A DNA stretch of 19,076 bases. Origin: a virus. Its lineage: Duplodnaviria > Heunggongvirae > Uroviricota > Caudoviricetes. Numbering within the stretch: position 1 is the first letter of the stretch; every line of letters starts with the position of its first letter. The DNA is taken from IMG/VR virus record IMGVR_UViG_3300028805_000047. One strand, 5' to 3'. Both the position numbers and the translations under genes were made by a program. Below the pieces are notes generated by a model. The model was not told where the DNA came from and ran no database searches. It saw nothing but the letters and a program-made list of their open reading frames with translations. This document shows positions 15,786-19,076 of the stretch, one piece after another.

Positions 15786-16220
15786 ATGAGAAAAGTCTAT
15801 TACTATTTGTACAAGTCTTCATTTAATGAAAGACTTCTTACATCGGAATATTTTGATGACATTTCAAAAGCGAATGAATCAAGAAATGAACACATCAAAA
15901 ATAATCCTGATGATATGGTTTTACCAATTTCAGAAGGATTTGTAGAATCATCTGTAAAATTTGTGTCATATACAGGAGAATGGCCTTGTCTTTGTGGAGG
16001 TGACTTACATCTCGAAATTGAAGGAAAACCTGTTGTATTAAAACATGTTATACATTCAAATGGCAGTGTCTTTCAAAGGGGAGGTGATTATGTTGTTACA
16101 AAAGGAAAATGGAAAGTTGATATTGATTATTTGCCTGATGAGTATAAAAAATATGCTAAAGTGATTGAAAATCTTGCAAATAAGTATATCGAAAAGGGTT
16201 GTTGCGGTGGTTGTATCTAA
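15786..16220 (+). CDS. Two-domain protein with Cys-rich candidate metal-binding domain (PCLCGG...GCCGGC), 144 aa
   Basis: ORF track; Cys at 68, 70, 139, 140 and 143. Confidence 0.75.
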   Translation: MRKVYYYLYKSSFNERLLTSEYFDDISKANESRNEHIKNNPDDMVLPISEGFVESSVKFVSYTGEWPCLCGGDLHLEIEGKPVVLKHVIHSNGSVFQRGGDYVVTKGKWKVDIDYLPDEYKKYAKVIENLANKYIEKGCCGGCI

Positions 16221-16305
16221 AAATTTTTCAATTTTTTGATCCTAATTTTGAAATATCGTATTATATTTACCTAAGCAAATTAGTATTAACATTAAAATTA
16301 ATATG
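16218..16305 (+). promoter_or_regulatory. Repeated promoter/leader cassette, copy 4
   Basis: TAA (stop of the upstream gene), TTGATC (16236-16241), 17-nt spacer, TATTAT (16259-16264), ATTTACCTAAGCAAATTAGTATTAACATTAAAATTAAT, ATG at 16303. Confidence 0.8.
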
Positions 16306-16518
16306 GTTATGAAAGTAGCACTAATGATAGATGAATCTAATTCGCGTCCGTATAAAAAGCTATTAACAAGAAAACCTGTTGATACTAATACATTAAGGAC
16401 ATTGGCTGTTGAATATAATAGACAAATTTCAAATGAATTGGGTTATGGAGCTTATTACATTGTAATCATCGATGAAGCTAAAGTCCCTAAAAACATACCA
16501 TCTAAATTTTTAGATTAA
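16303..16518 (+). CDS. Hypothetical protein (71 aa)
   Basis: ORF track; starts at the end of cassette 4. Confidence 0.7.
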   Translation: MVMKVALMIDESNSRPYKKLLTRKPVDTNTLRTLAVEYNRQISNELGYGAYYIVIIDEAKVPKNIPSKFLD

Positions 16519-16535
16519 CTTAAAATTATATAGCA

Positions 16536-16868
16536 ATGAAGAATAATACAAAATTTGATATTGACTGGTTAAGACAGAAAGGATTTGTCGGTAATTTGGA
16601 TACAGGTGATGAGATAGATCCTGCGGATCCGAAAAAATCGGATAGATTTTGTTATCGGGAAATAATGGATTATAAAGGTTGTAAAGAAATAAAAATCCTT
16701 ATAATAATTGACCTTTTAATTCCGTCAGCAAGTAATATTACATATCATTTTATCCCTCATGGTTCATTAAAAACTAGAGAATACAACGGTGATATTATAT
16801 CTCCTGAAATGCTTATTAAGCTATTGGAAATAATCTATCCTGAATTAGCTACAAAATTTAATGATTAA
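16536..16868 (+). CDS. Hypothetical protein (110 aa)
   Basis: ORF track; co-oriented and tightly packed. Confidence 0.7.
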   Translation: MKNNTKFDIDWLRQKGFVGNLDTGDEIDPADPKKSDRFCYREIMDYKGCKEIKILIIIDLLIPSASNITYHFIPHGSLKTREYNGDIISPEMLIKLLEIIYPELATKFND

Positions 16869-16888
16869 CAAATAAATGTAAGACTGTC

Positions 16889-17086
16889 ATGACAAAAGAA
16901 GAATTTTCAAGATTGCCGTTAGAGATGCAATTCAAATTAATAAACGAATACGCAAAAGAAGTATTCAAAGAAGGTGAAGAAGCAGCAAATGCTTTCGAAT
17001 ACGGTCGTTCTTGTGAAACAGAGCCTACCACATTTGAAGGTTATATTAAAGGAGTTCAATACTGTGAAACAGTTCAAAATAATTAA
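16889..17086 (+). CDS. Hypothetical protein (65 aa)
   Basis: ORF track; co-oriented and tightly packed. Confidence 0.65.
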   Translation: MTKEEFSRLPLEMQFKLINEYAKEVFKEGEEAANAFEYGRSCETEPTTFEGYIKGVQYCETVQNN

Positions 17087-17241
17087 AGACTTGTAAAATC
17101 ATGAAAAACTGGTTGAAAGATATTGATATACATAAGAAAGAACTTAGTTTCGATAGCAAACATGCCTGACAGACCAACTGGTCTAATAACAACTGGTTTT
17201 GAATTCATATATAAAGACTGAACAAATAAATTTTTTGAAAT

Positions 17242-17640
17242 ATGAAAAACAGAATAACAACATCAGTAACACAGAGTATGAAACTACGTGAGATAGGTAT
17301 TAGTGTTAACACTGCTGATATGTATTGGTCTCATGTAGTTGTAGGCACGAGAGTTATTTATGAACCAAGAGTTATTACCGGAATACTACACGAACCTGAA
17401 AACATTCCTTGTTGGAGTCTGTCAGCCTTGTTAGAACAAATACCTTCTGACATAAAAACTAAAGATGGCTGTAATTATACATTAGAAATTGAAAAATCTG
17501 ATGCTGAACATCTTCCATGCGGTTTGAGTTATCATGATAGATGGGGTAGAGGTGATGATATTATAACTCATTACTATGATAATTTTATTGACGCTTGTTA
17601 CGAAATGATATTGAAGTTACACGAACTAAAAATGTTATAA
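17242..17640 (+). CDS. Conserved-looking hypothetical phage protein (132 aa)
   Basis: TxxxQSxKL...TADMYW...PCWSLSALL..IP...IDACYEMI pattern resembles a family I associate with Bacteroidota phages (recall, not a search). Confidence 0.7.
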   Translation: MKNRITTSVTQSMKLREIGISVNTADMYWSHVVVGTRVIYEPRVITGILHEPENIPCWSLSALLEQIPSDIKTKDGCNYTLEIEKSDAEHLPCGLSYHDRWGRGDDIITHYYDNFIDACYEMILKLHELKML

Positions 17641-17642
17641 CT

Positions 17643-18203
17643 ATGGAAAATATTAGTGAAATAGAAAAATTAAATAAAGAGCTTAAAAATCTCAAAGAAA
17701 AGCACGACGAGCAAGATCAAAAGTTTTATGAAAAAGAAAGAGAATTACGTGATAAAATAGAGTCTTTGAAAGATGATGAAGCAAAGAAGAAACTTGGTGG
17801 AAAATTCCATAATGAAGTAGTGCATATAACTGAGACGATACCGTATTTTGGAATCAGCAAACATTATATTGGTGTGATAAATTCAGACACTGTATACTCA
17901 GAAGGGTTTTACATGCGCAAAAACACGTTGTATGTGCGAATGACTGATAATAATGTAGATAGTGTTAGTTTAGGAGAATGCGATAACTTTTACAGTGTAG
18001 GTGCAGACTCGTATAAATTATTTAAAAATGAAACTTTCGTATATGGTGATAACTCTCCACATAATGAAAAACACATAATTACAATAAAATTAGCATCAAA
18101 AGATGACACAGATTTTATACAGCAAATGTTTGAAACAAAAAAGAACCAAATCATTGCTGAAATAGACAAAACAAGAGATTTTTGCATTTCGATGTTAAAA
18201 TAA
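17643..18203 (+). CDS. Hypothetical protein (186 aa), N-terminal coiled coil
   Basis: ORF track 17595..18203. Start moved to the ATG at 17643 (MENISEIEK), 2 nt after the upstream stop. Confidence 0.7.
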   Translation: MENISEIEKLNKELKNLKEKHDEQDQKFYEKERELRDKIESLKDDEAKKKLGGKFHNEVVHITETIPYFGISKHYIGVINSDTVYSEGFYMRKNTLYVRMTDNNVDSVSLGECDNFYSVGADSYKLFKNETFVYGDNSPHNEKHIITIKLASKDDTDFIQQMFETKKNQIIAEIDKTRDFCISMLK

Positions 18204-18215
18204 AAATCTAACAAA

Positions 18216-18542
18216 ATGGACATAAAAGATTACGAAGAATATATTAAGTTCACTAAGAATTTCTTAGATACTCTTGACATTAGTAGCTACATCAAAAAAG
18301 ATGGAAGAGTCTATGACACTATCAGACAGATAGAAGACAGTGACTTTAGACTTTATAAATCATTTTGTGAAAAAGCTCATACAGAAGGTACTCTTCCTAA
18401 GATAGTTGAAGAAGAAGATCCTAAATTCTGTGAGATTTTCAATGTAATGGATGAGTCAGACTTTATCGACTATATTGAGAAACGATATGGTAAATCCATG
18501 TCATACGAAGTCACAACTGTGACAAACCATTGGAAATATTAA
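18216..18542 (+). CDS. Hypothetical protein (108 aa)
   Basis: ORF track; A-rich leader. Confidence 0.7.
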   Translation: MDIKDYEEYIKFTKNFLDTLDISSYIKKDGRVYDTIRQIEDSDFRLYKSFCEKAHTEGTLPKIVEEEDPKFCEIFNVMDESDFIDYIEKRYGKSMSYEVTTVTNHWKY

Positions 18543-18563
18543 ATTTTAAAATAAAAGTAAATT

Positions 18564-18908
18564 ATGAAAGGAAACATGGAAGAAATTGACAATTCAAGAA
18601 TGCAAATACCAGAAGACATATCAGAAAGACCAAAAGAACAAGAGTCATTAGTAGCTGAAAGATGCTGGCTCGTTGGAGAGATAGAAAACGCAGCATCTCG
18701 AAACGCAGACTACTTACAGGTGAAATATAAAGTCAATGGAGTTATCTGCAAACGCACAGTTGACATCAACAAATGGAAACACGACAACATTATGAAGCGT
18801 TGTGAAGTTATTAAAAATGCATTAAATGTCCTGAATTTTGAGGAGTTTGTAAAAGATGAGGACTTAGTGGAATTGATTTATGTTAAACCTATAAAAATAA
18901 AGATATGA
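18564..18908 (+). CDS. Hypothetical protein (114 aa)
   Basis: ORF track; A-rich leader; ATGA overlap with the next ORF. Confidence 0.7.
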   Translation: MKGNMEEIDNSRMQIPEDISERPKEQESLVAERCWLVGEIENAASRNADYLQVKYKVNGVICKRTVDINKWKHDNIMKRCEVIKNALNVLNFEEFVKDEDLVELIYVKPIKIKI

Positions 18909-19076
18909 AAACGAAAATTAAAGAAATTATTAAGGAGGTAGATAATCTACGTCATTTATTAACATTTTCTCAATTCACAATAGATTTGATTGAAGAATTT
19001 AGCGAATCAGTAGAAGAAACTGATGTAAATGAAGAAACTACAGCTGGTGCTATTTGCTATAAGATTGATACAGTCC
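18905..19076 (+). CDS. Hypothetical protein, 3'-partial
   Basis: ATG at 18905 overlaps the upstream TGA; the frame is open to the window end (MKTKIKEIIKEVDNLRHLLTFSQFTIDLIEEFSES...). Confidence 0.65.
   Translation, partial: MKTKIKEIIKEVDNLRHLLTFSQFTIDLIEEFSESVEETDVNEETTAGAICYKIDTV

Noticed and set aside
12084-16253. Invertible promoter segment: TTTCAAAA in copies 1-2 versus its reverse complement TTTTGAAA at the same spacer position in copies 3-4
   Set aside because: The two forms differ by only two substitutions, the flanks in copies 3-4 are not the inverted counterparts, and no recombinase gene is in the window.
11355-16305. CRISPR array interpretation of the four repeats
   Set aside because: The copies are ~85-90 bp, separated by about 0.6-2.6 kb of protein-coding genes, and carry promoter boxes. 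There is no regular 30-40 bp spacer structure.
12764-18203. Paralogy between the coiled-coil-start proteins at 12764 and 17643
   Set aside because: The architecture is similar (coiled coil, then a GKF-containing beta region), but I could not align convincing conserved residues beyond low-complexity helices.
3210-18223. Alternative-frame and antisense ORFs in the track (3210..3410, 3539..3766, 4625..4843, 6112..6522, 7040..7240, 7939..8178, 8287..8661, 9276..9993 set, 11704..11916, 12343..12552, 12727..12984, 17990..18223)
   Set aside because: They lie within or across better-supported genes and look like shadow frames; for example, the Ser-rich 6112..6522 is the antisense of the Glu repeats. 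They have no leaders or motifs of their own.
1-19076. Stop-codon reassignment (TAG to Gln, as in Lak and some crAss-like phages)
   Set aside because: The long ORFs, including the >1152-codon one, are open without any in-frame TAG. The two TAG-terminated genes gain nothing from read-through: the peptidase ends at its expected C-terminus, and the topoisomerase fragment would gain only ~24 unrelated residues overlapping the next gene.

Overview
Very AT-rich phage DNA, most consistent with a large or jumbo tailed phage with T4-like gene content, read in the standard genetic code. The window spans a strand switch at about 7017-7067. Left (minus strand, 1-7016) is a probable late/virion module: a >1152-aa ORF running off the left edge that the ORF track misses, a 360-aa ORF that may be its frameshift-separated N-terminus, a probable baseplate hub protein and a membrane protein with an acidic repeat tail. 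TATAAATA boxes lie upstream of two of these genes. Right (plus strand, 7068-19076) is an accessory region of about 27 mostly small genes. It includes a stand-alone topoisomerase II GHKL ATPase domain with an acidic tail ending in an SSB-like tip, an M18 aminopeptidase, a WDGH-motif protein and an RtcB RNA ligase. This region is punctuated by four copies of an approximately 85-90 bp stop-codon/promoter/leader cassette plus leader-only copies, which divide it into potentially shufflable modules. I found no tRNA, rRNA, CRISPR array, integrase or transposase. All family assignments come from motif recognition by eye; no database search was run.
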